From: an uncultured Spirochaetaceae bacterium
GTDB lineage: Bacteria; Spirochaetota; Spirochaetia; Sphaerochaetales; Sphaerochaetaceae
Assembly (NCBI GenBank): GCA_944392965.1
Contig: CALXYM010000011.1
Location: 738-64,737 of the forward strand
Direction of reading: 5' to 3'
Length of the DNA stretch: 64,000 nt
Shown here: piece after piece, positions 45,434 through 52,358 of the stretch
How the letters are laid out: each line of letters opens with the position of its first letter
Position numbering within the stretch: position 1 is the stretch's first letter
Program-made: the position numbers and the translations under genes
Notes under the pieces: model-generated
The model's input: only the letters and a program-made list of their open reading frames with translations
Database searches by the model: none
What the model was told of the DNA's origin: nothing

Positions 45434-46999
45434 CATCAAATCATAGCCGAGGATACTCCAGCCTCTGTAGACAGGAGAGGAATCGGCTTCCTCCTTTCAA
45501 TGGTTCTTGTATTTACACGCTCAACGAGCGTGAGATTCCGATAGTGGATGCCTGAATGGACCCTAGCCCCGTCAAGTTTCCTTATATCGAAATATCCAGA
45601 GGCTCTTCTGCCATGGATATAGCAGACATCATCACCATATCTGACGATGTCGAAGAGTCCGAAGCCTCCTATCAGCTTCTCTGTCTGGTTCAGCTTCCTC
45701 TCACCGCCCTTGAGAATCGTATCCTTGTGGATTTTCCTGTTGTGGCTTCTGGTCTTGCGCATGTAATACCAACCTTCGTCAGAGGATGCTTCAGGATGCC
45801 CTGCAATGCATCTGGCATCGACGTGGTGCGATTTCTCCAGATTATGGGTAATCCTCGTGTTCTTTGTGAGGTACCCGTATGTCATGGATACATTCTCTTT
45901 CCCGTACAGCTTCTGCAGCCTGCTGTACAGCTCCCAGCGCATGACGCTCATCAGCGTTTCCGCCTTGAACTGCGGAGCTTTCTTGAAGATTGGTTTTACT
46001 ATTCCCTTATGCACGCCATCGTGGCAGTGGCTGCAGAGCGTTATGAGGTTGTCGGGACGGTCCGTGCCGCCATCCGAACGACGGATGACATGATGGACTT
46101 CAAGAGTTTTGTCTTTTGATTTTCCACCGCATATCCTGCATTTGTGTCCATCTCTATAGAGTACATATTCGCGAGTATTCCAGAAACCGAGCTGTTCTCC
46201 CTCCTGATAGCTTTTGCCTTCAATATCAGAATTCTTTATCTTCTGGATGTCGAATGCAGAGGTTTCAATTACAATACTGGATACAGGCAGGAATGAAGAA
46301 ATGAAAGCAACCATTTCCTGATGTGCTGAGAGTTTTTCTTCAATTGATGGCGGAAGCCAGCCTTCTATGCGTCTTCTGTTGTCGAAGCGTGCCTGTCTGT
46401 ATCTTGTCTTCCTGCTCCTTCTCGTTTTACGCTTCTCCCTTCTTTCCGTAAGAAGCTTTGGAATGTCGTTACGCATCTCCTCTTCCGCTTCGAAGAGGAT
46501 TTTGCTCTCCGTTGACGCCGAACAGCCGGCTGTCTGATACCCGGTGTCAACCCCGAGCGTCACAGGCTGCACCCTTTCGTTTCCGCTTCCATACAGAAGC
46601 TGGATCGTAAATGGTGAGCGTTTTACAACCTTCGCTCTTTTCTTTTTGAGAAGCCATCTGACTTTGCCATAGTGTTCTGTCGGCATCAATGGCTTTCCGT
46701 TCTGTGCGATTACATAGACCATGCAATCTCCTTTCCCGACTTAACGGGTAATGCAGGGATTGATCCCTGTCGTGAGGTATCTCTCCTCACTGTCCTTCGC
46801 CGATGTTATCGGAGGGTTATATATATCCGCAGCACTGTTCCTACCCATCAGAACTGTTTAACCACGGACCGCAGAGCGGCGGACTAGGACGACATCCGCC
46901 GGTGCCTGTATCTTCCTCCGTAACGTAGGTCTCAAAGACCTTGGGCTAGTCAACCAAGGCTTTCTCAAGCCTCACCTTCTTCAAGGTGGGGTAGTTGAC
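45434..46999 (-). mobile_element. TnpA-less IS200/IS605-superfamily element carrying iscB + omega-RNA (1566 bp; boundaries ambiguous by a 5-nt TGATG repeat, alternatively 45439..47004)
   Basis: Deleting this segment rejoins the two Rpn fragments in frame (...ESEGGKLM|NPLLRKERMEG...). TGATG is present in the flank (47004-47000, minus strand) and at the internal end (45438-45434). Subterminal imperfect palindromes lie at both ends (46973-46988 and 45446-45487). Confidence 0.75.
45436..46722 (-). CDS. iscB: IscB RNA-guided endonuclease (PLMP domain, split RuvC with inserted HNH, C-terminal TAM-interaction-like domain)
   Basis: The 428-aa ORF contains, in order:
- PLMP at aa 11-14.
- GVDTGY (RuvC-I, D59).
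- An Arg-rich helix at aa 93-118.
- IVIETSAFD (RuvC-II, E153).
- CRICGG...EVHHVIRRSDGGTDRPDNLITLCSHCH (HNH plus Cys4).
- SHHVDARC (RuvC-III).
- GFGLFDIVRYGDDVCYIHGRRASGYFDIRKLDG near the C-terminus.
The RBS AAAGGAG lies 6 nt before the ATG. Confidence 0.9.
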   Translation of the reverse strand: MVYVIAQNGKPLMPTEHYGKVRWLLKKKRAKVVKRSPFTIQLLYGSGNERVQPVTLGVDTGYQTAGCSASTESKILFEAEEEMRNDIPKLLTERREKRKTRRSRKTRYRQARFDNRRRIEGWLPPSIEEKLSAHQEMVAFISSFLPVSSIVIETSAFDIQKIKNSDIEGKSYQEGEQLGFWNTREYVLYRDGHKCRICGGKSKDKTLEVHHVIRRSDGGTDRPDNLITLCSHCHDGVHKGIVKPIFKKAPQFKAETLMSVMRWELYSRLQKLYGKENVSMTYGYLTKNTRITHNLEKSHHVDARCIAGHPEASSDEGWYYMRKTRSHNRKIHKDTILKGGERKLNQTEKLIGGFGLFDIVRYGDDVCYIHGRRASGYFDIRKLDGARVHSGIHYRNLTLVERVNTRTIERRKPIPLLSTEAGVSSAMI

Positions 47000-47020
47000 C
47001 ATCAGTTTTCCTCCTTCACT
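46723..47020 (-). ncRNA. Predicted IscB omega-RNA (HEARO-type): ~277-nt scaffold 46723..46999/47004 plus ~16-nt guide taken from the flanking Rpn sequence
   Basis: The non-coding leader is packed with stem-loops. Plus-strand coordinates are 46973-46988, 46958-46971, 46939-46959, 46928-40, 46877-46901, 46800-12, 46772-90, 46754-69 and 46735-48. There is also a long-range CGGAGG/CCTCCG pairing (46915-20 with 46810-15). The position immediately 5' of iscB matches the known omega-RNA arrangement. Confidence 0.65.
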
Positions 47021-47646
47021 CTCTTTTATTAATCTCAGCCTTTCTCGTAATATTCGATTGTGTATTTCCTCTGGTTTTGAAGTACATATATCATGTACCA
47101 CACTTCCAAGAAAGTCTTTTCTCTGGTTTGCCATGTTAACAAGCACATACTCTATCGTGATGAATGGAGTATCCTTATCCTTCCAAGTAAAAGTATAAAT
47201 GGGCTTTTTCTTCTTGAAAACATCTTTTGCATAAAAGAATATGACCGTGGCTCTTTTCCCTTGTAGATTCTTATAGGGGTATCCCTCTTCCAAAAGAGAT
47301 GAATAGAGGGCAGAACCATAGTAAGCCATCCTTTCAATTATATCTGCCTTCCTTGATGTCTGCATATCTATGGAGATGATGCTACCATCATCCGTCCTCA
47401 CTGTGACATCTGGGATAATGGTCTTGTATAGGCTTGGAAAAGGGTCTGCAGCTTTTACCAATATGATTTTCCCGTATTCAAGTCCACAGGCGGTAAGGAG
47501 GAGGGCTGTAACATCCTCTGCATCTCCAAAGCCGCTTTGAAAATCAGATCGTCACGTAAATCCGCACCTTCCAACCATGACCAATCCCTGTCGGTTTCAC
47601 GATAAGGAATATCTTCATCCCTTACAAAATCAGCTAGTTCAAGCAA
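47000..47646 (-). pseudogene. Rpn-family (PD-(D/E)XK nuclease) gene, N-terminal and core part; frameshifted near 47535-47545 and truncated by the IscB element
   Basis: Two frames are needed. One reads ...GADLRDDLIFK. The other reads SGFGDAEDVTALLLTACGLEYGKIILVKAADPFPSLYKTIIPDVTVRTDDGSIISIDMQTSRK... (the D..FK..FGD and D-x-IEMQ-like PD-(D/E)XK signature), continuing to ...LIKESEGGKLM at the insertion point. Confidence 0.7.
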
Positions 47647-47777
47647 TTCGTACCTCCTTATGGCTGTGTGTTGCTTATTAGTGGAAAAAAGTATTCATTT
47701 TGTTAAATATATGGCAATCGTATGCTGGTTGATTAAATTGATGTTTTTGGATGTTATATTATTAGAAGAGGTGAGGT

Positions 47778-48311
47778 ATGCAGTATATAAGTCATTACAC
47801 ATCGCCCCTTGGCAGAATCGCTTTATTCGCAGACGATGAGGGGCTTACGGGATTATGGTTTGAAGGTCAGAAATACTTTGCATATTCTGTCGAAAAGGGA
47901 GGAGATGAGGAAAGTATTCCCGTTCTAGATGAGGCAAAACACTGGCTTGATATCTATTTTTCCGGTAAGAATCCCGATTTCACGCCTCCTCTTCATTTAA
48001 AGGGATCCCCTTTCCAGATGGATGTGTGGGAGATCCTTCTGACAATCAAATATGGCTCTGTCTTGACCTATGGGGATATTGCAAAGAAAATTGCCGAAAG
48101 AAGGGGAATTAATAAGATGGCTTCTCAGGCTGTTGGCGGTGCTGTCGGACATAACCCCATCTCCATAATCGTTCCTTGTCATAGGGTTGTAGGAGCGGGA
48201 GGAAATCTTACAGGTTATGGTGGAGGAATAGATAAGAAGATAAAACTGCTTGAACTGGAAGGTCTTGATCTATCTTCATTCTATGTCCCTAAGAAAGGTA
48301 CGGCCTTATAG
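47778..48311 (+). CDS. ogt: Methylated-DNA--protein-cysteine methyltransferase
   Basis: Active-site IVPCHRVV plus the upstream TYGDIAKKI helix motif. The protein is 177 aa. Confidence 0.9.
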   Translation: MQYISHYTSPLGRIALFADDEGLTGLWFEGQKYFAYSVEKGGDEESIPVLDEAKHWLDIYFSGKNPDFTPPLHLKGSPFQMDVWEILLTIKYGSVLTYGDIAKKIAERRGINKMASQAVGGAVGHNPISIIVPCHRVVGAGGNLTGYGGGIDKKIKLLELEGLDLSSFYVPKKGTAL

Positions 48312-48320
48312 TAAGTCGTT

Positions 48321-48929
48321 TCACTTTGTAAGGACCTTTTTCATGTAGCTTTTCTTATCGCAATTCGGACATCTTAATTTTCTCTTTCTTCCGATATGAG
48401 GGGAGAATATGAACTCCCTTACATCGGGCCTATAGCGATAGTGGCAGGAGGGGCACTCATAGTATCCGATGGTGTACTCTATTTTCATGGCATAGTAGAT
48501 GCCTGCGATAAGAAGAGTGAACGCTAGGACCATGACGGGAATCAGAATCCTGAGATCTTCTGTTAAAAGGCTCACCGAGCCCAGTATCGCAATGTATGCG
48601 ATTGTTGAGATCGTACCGATTACTATCTCCAGTTTCAGAAGATATTTGTTGCTCTCTTCTTCTTTTCTTTTCATCTCAAGCAGCAGTTTCTCCGTTTCCC
48701 TTCTGTAATCTTCTTTTTCCAAGGCCCTTCCCAGAAGAAGTTCATTCACGCTTATCCCGAGTATCTCACAAAGAGGTATCATCAGGGCTGAATCGGGAAG
48801 GGAGCGACCACATTCCCATTTCGAGACCGCACGGTCTGTTATTCCGAGCTTATCGGCAAGCTCTCTCTGCGTTATGTGTTTCTCTTTTCTTTTTTCTGCT
48901 ATGAAGATGCCTATTTTAATCTGATCCAT
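48321..48929 (-). CDS. XRE-family HTH protein with transmembrane segments and a C-terminal zinc-ribbon
   Basis: The HTH reads IAEKRKEKHITQRELADKLGITDRAVSKWECGRSLPD. Two hydrophobic helices follow, then CPSCHYRY...CPNCDKKS. Confidence 0.75.
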   Translation of the reverse strand: MDQIKIGIFIAEKRKEKHITQRELADKLGITDRAVSKWECGRSLPDSALMIPLCEILGISVNELLLGRALEKEDYRRETEKLLLEMKRKEEESNKYLLKLEIVIGTISTIAYIAILGSVSLLTEDLRILIPVMVLAFTLLIAGIYYAMKIEYTIGYYECPSCHYRYRPDVREFIFSPHIGRKRKLRCPNCDKKSYMKKVLTK

Positions 48930-49782
48930 GTCTTTCTTTCCTTGTAAATGGTATGAGGAGTAGCAATGATGCTATTGCGGGTATTATTCCTGTAAGGGTT
49001 GGTCCGAATACCTGCATGGTACTATCTTTCAGGAATACAAGACCGATTGCCGCTATGGCGTTTATCGCACCATGGAATAATGATGGTGCCCAGATGGAAC
49101 CTGTTGTTTCCATCAGGAAGGCACACCATGCTGAGAGCGCGATACAGGAGATACACATCGCAAGTATCCCTGTGAGAGGATAGAATGGATAAGATGTTCC
49201 ATAATTATATCCCATCATGTTCACCGGGGTATGCCATAGCCCCCAGATTATTCCGATAAGAATAACTGCCTTCCGCTTTCCGATTCTCTCCTTCAGTCCC
49301 GGATATAGAAAGCCCCTCCAGCCAGCTTCCTCTCCGAGTGCGAAGAACATGTTTATAAAGGAGGCTCCAATTGCCGTGAGTATGATGAGAAGTATGTACG
49401 CAACCGGCTTTTGCGTTATTGAATTCAAAGTAGCAAGGGTGAAGGAGGAGGGGAAGATGAGAAAGAATATTACGCAGCCGGAAATGGTAAGTGCCGTCGG
49501 CATCAGCCAGGCTATGGCATATTGTCTCCTCTTTCCTTTTAACAATGGACGCCATGATACGTATATGATCTTCTCTTTGAACATCAGATGTGTGATGAAT
49601 GTGGCAAATAGGGGAGAGAACATCGTGATGGCGACCAGGGCCATGTATACCGGAGTTCCATATTGACCAAGAATGTTCAAAGTGATCCAGATCGTCCATG
49701 GAAGAAGAAATGCTATCACAATGTAGGTTATTATCCTTTTCATGAGTTCGATTATAGTTAAATGAATACCTTTATCATACAA
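48916..49782 (-). CDS. CPBP-family intramembrane glutamic endopeptidase (CAAX protease/Abi-like)
   Basis: Polytopic ORF with GEEAGWRGFLYP, LWHTP and FHGAINA motifs. It overlaps the XRE gene by 14 nt. Confidence 0.8.
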   Translation of the reverse strand: MYDKGIHLTIIELMKRIITYIVIAFLLPWTIWITLNILGQYGTPVYMALVAITMFSPLFATFITHLMFKEKIIYVSWRPLLKGKRRQYAIAWLMPTALTISGCVIFFLIFPSSFTLATLNSITQKPVAYILLIILTAIGASFINMFFALGEEAGWRGFLYPGLKERIGKRKAVILIGIIWGLWHTPVNMMGYNYGTSYPFYPLTGILAMCISCIALSAWCAFLMETTGSIWAPSLFHGAINAIAAIGLVFLKDSTMQVFGPTLTGIIPAIASLLLLIPFTRKERHGSD

Positions 49783-49796
49783 ACTATTGGTTGAGT

Positions 49797-50342
49797 TTAA
49801 AGGAAAAGGACCATCTTATCTAAATCCTGATAGCTCCCGTCCTTCTCTTTGAATCCATTCGGTGTCGTTCCTACTTTTTTAAATCCAAGTTTCTCATAGA
49901 GTTTTATTGCATTCCTGTTTGTTGATACCACCTCAAGTTCCACCTGCTCATACGAGAGGTCTTTCACCTCTCTTATTCCCTCCTTCATAAGATGGGTTGC
50001 TAGCCCCAGATTCCTGTATTTCTTTGCCACAGATACTGCGCACTCTGCCCGGTGTCTCATCTTAATGGAATCGTTATATGCAGAGAAATGGCAGGTTCCT
50101 ATGATTCTCTCCCCGTCCAGTGCGATAAGAAATATGCTTCTGCTATCTTCTTTCAAGTTCTCTATGAACGCCATTTCTGCTTTTGCTGTTATTTCTCTTT
50201 CCTCGGGGTAACGGGCGAGAGTCAGACAATCAGTGGTGAATATCTCACTCAGACATCTTGCCAGTTCTTCCGCGTCTTTTACCTCTGGTTTTCTAATTAA
50301 AATCTTTTTACCATCTTTTAAAAATACTTCTTTTTCCCACAT
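49797..50342 (-). CDS. GNAT-family N-acetyltransferase
   Basis: 181-aa ORF with the VSVAKKYRNLGLATHLM acetyl-CoA site motif. Confidence 0.8.
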   Translation of the reverse strand: MWEKEVFLKDGKKILIRKPEVKDAEELARCLSEIFTTDCLTLARYPEEREITAKAEMAFIENLKEDSRSIFLIALDGERIIGTCHFSAYNDSIKMRHRAECAVSVAKKYRNLGLATHLMKEGIREVKDLSYEQVELEVVSTNRNAIKLYEKLGFKKVGTTPNGFKEKDGSYQDLDKMVLFL

Positions 50343-50420
50343 GTTCTACCTTTTGCATTTAATTTTAAAACAGCGGTTTTCTTCAAGCAAATTAATTTAT
50401 TTTGCAATTATTTGTTAAAG

Positions 50421-50509
50421 AAAAAAATAAGGAGGTTTTGCAGACCTCCTAATTCTCTTCCCATCTATTATGGGGATATTTAACGACGATCTATATTATC
50501 GCCCTTCGT
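50421..50509 (-). ncRNA. Candidate ~90-nt small RNA or terminator-containing leader upstream of the GNAT gene
   Basis: A minus-strand promoter: TTGACT (50544-50539), a 17-nt spacer, then TAATAT (50521-50516). Two small hairpins follow, then the terminator AGGAGGT-ctgcaaa-ACCTCCT (50450-50430) plus TTATTTTTTT. Confidence 0.35.
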
Positions 50510-50586
50510 GATTTTATATTACTATGGGTATTCTTCTTAGTCAATATGATTTTTGCTGTTAGTGTAAGATTTGGGATATGGGTAAT

Positions 50587-50611
50587 GAAAAAGGCCACTC
50601 CAAGAGTGACC
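50587..50611 (-). terminator. Rho-independent terminator after the Hpt gene
   Basis: Minus strand GGUCACUC-uug-GAGUGGCC followed by UUUUU, beginning 8 nt after the stop. Confidence 0.6.
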
Positions 50612-50618
50612 CTGTTTT

Positions 50619-50954
50619 TCAGTTTTCCTTCAATGCTTTTACGACTTTCTGGTACTCTGCTTCAAGCTCCAGGAATATCGGCATTTCTTTCAAACCTTTT
50701 GCTTCCTCAAGCTCGCCTGCGATCTTTGCCAGAGTATTAAGACCGACCTTTTCCGACGCCTTCTTTATTCTATGTGCACCTTTTACTATTCTCTCTTCAT
50801 CTTTTTCCTCGACGGCTTTCTTAAGCTCAGGAAAGGATGTGTCGGCTTCGAAGGAGGCAAGTCTCTCTTTGAGCATGGCTATGTCTCCCCCGTAGTATTC
50901 CAGTGCTTCTTCCCAGTCAAGTCCGATCTTGTCTGCAATAGCTTTAATATTCAT
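50619..50954 (-). CDS. Hpt (histidine phosphotransfer) domain protein
   Basis: 111-aa four-helix-type ORF with KGAHRIKKASEKVGLNTLAKIAGELE, the Hpt signature (H-x-x-K-G/A-x-S). Confidence 0.65.
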   Translation of the reverse strand: MNIKAIADKIGLDWEEALEYYGGDIAMLKERLASFEADTSFPELKKAVEEKDEERIVKGAHRIKKASEKVGLNTLAKIAGELEEAKGLKEMPIFLELEAEYQKVVKALKEN

Positions 50955-50963
50955 CTGTTACCT

Positions 50964-52334
50964 CTAAAGTACGATATCTATTATACCTTTTATAGTAACA
51001 AAAAGAATTATGATTGGCAGTATGTAGGCACAATAGAATCTCAGTTTTTTCGGGAATTTGAGCCCTTCTCCCATGTCTGCCGTTTCTATGAACTTATTCC
51101 ATCCCCAGCCGTAACGGGAAGTACAGAAGAGTACCATCACCAGTGAGCCCAGTGGAAGAAGAAGATTCGATACGATGAAGTCTTCAAGATCCATTATTCC
51201 TGTCCCTTCTCCGAAAGGCATGAAGCCCGACCAGATGTTATAACCGAAGATGCAGGGAAGGATTGCGATAAGGAAGATCACGATATTTAAAACAGTCGCC
51301 TTCTTCCTGCTCATGCCCTTCATATCCATCCAGTAGGAGAGTATGTTTTCAAATACGGCGATAAGTGTCGTAAGGGCCGCGAATGCCATTGCAAGGAAGA
51401 AGAGCGTCGCCCAGAGCACTCCTCCCGTCATCTGGGAAAACACGTTCGGCAGGGTGATGAATAAAAGGCTAGGACCGCTTCCTGCTTCGATTCCGAATGC
51501 AGAACATGCCGGGAAGATGATGAAGCCAGAGAGCAGGGCGATTGACGTATCCAGGCATACGATCCTCACACTCTCTCCTGTAAGAGACCTTTCCGTGCTG
51601 AAATAGGATCCCATGATTGCCATAGCTCCTATGCCAAGGGAAAGGGTGAAGAACGCCTGTCCCATTGCTGCAAAGATGGATTCTCCGAGTCCGTATTCTA
51701 CTAGATTGCTTGGATCAGGCTTTATGAAGAACATCAGGCCTTCATGTGCTCCATCAAGCGTGACCGAATGGATTGCAAGAGAGATCATCAGGATGAACAG
51801 AAGGGCCATCATCACCTTTGATATCCTTTCTACTCCGTTCTTCAGTCCCATCACTGCGATAAGAGCGGTGATTATGAGGGCTGCTAAAGCCCATCCGAAC
51901 TGTCCTCCTGGATTTGCCAGAAGGTTTTGGAAGAATGAGTTGACCTCTTCTGTCTGCATGCCGGTAAACGTACCTGTGATTGAGGATGCGAAATAATAAA
52001 GGAGCCAGCCCGTGATCGGGATGTAGTAAAAGAGGAGCATGTAGTTGCCGATTATTGCAAAAGGTCCTGCTATATGCCATTTGCTGCCTTTCGGTTCCAG
52101 AGCCTTATATGCTCCGACTATGTTCTTCCTACCTCCCCGTCCTATTGAGAATTCCATCGTCATGATGGGTAGTCCCATTATAAGAAGGAATATCAAATAG
52201 ATAAGTACGAATACCGCACCGCCATACCGTCCCGTTATATACGGGAAGCGCCAGACGTTTCCCAGTCCGATGGCACATCCTGCCGAGAGCAGGATGAAGC
52301 CCAGACGGGAAGAAAGTGTCTCTCTTTCTGCCAT
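50964..52334 (-). CDS. Sodium-dependent transporter, neurotransmitter:sodium symporter (SNF/NSS) family
   Basis: SRLGFILLSAGCAIGLGNVWRFPYITGRYGG is the canonical NSS N-terminal motif. The protein is polytopic and 456 aa. Confidence 0.9.
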   Translation of the reverse strand: MAERETLSSRLGFILLSAGCAIGLGNVWRFPYITGRYGGAVFVLIYLIFLLIMGLPIMTMEFSIGRGGRKNIVGAYKALEPKGSKWHIAGPFAIIGNYMLLFYYIPITGWLLYYFASSITGTFTGMQTEEVNSFFQNLLANPGGQFGWALAALIITALIAVMGLKNGVERISKVMMALLFILMISLAIHSVTLDGAHEGLMFFIKPDPSNLVEYGLGESIFAAMGQAFFTLSLGIGAMAIMGSYFSTERSLTGESVRIVCLDTSIALLSGFIIFPACSAFGIEAGSGPSLLFITLPNVFSQMTGGVLWATLFFLAMAFAALTTLIAVFENILSYWMDMKGMSRKKATVLNIVIFLIAILPCIFGYNIWSGFMPFGEGTGIMDLEDFIVSNLLLPLGSLVMVLFCTSRYGWGWNKFIETADMGEGLKFPKKLRFYCAYILPIIILFVTIKGIIDIVL

Positions 52335-52358
52335 TTTCTCTCTCCCTGTGTTTTTTCT

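Noticed and set aside
45222-45446. 74-aa plus-strand ORF with a repetitive SSFP/SLPS/LPSF pattern
   Set aside because: It is the antisense mirror of the Glu-Gly repeat (EGRKEGRALGREEGREIGKEEG) of the Rpn C-terminal fragment. The periodicity comes from the opposite strand.
45556-46119. 187-aa plus-strand ORF (and 45806..46093, 46116..46304) inside the iscB locus, considered as a possible second element-encoded protein or TnpA
   Set aside because: It is entirely antisense to the well-supported iscB CDS. It has no HUH/Y1 transposase motifs, no RBS and a low-complexity composition, so it is a shadow ORF.
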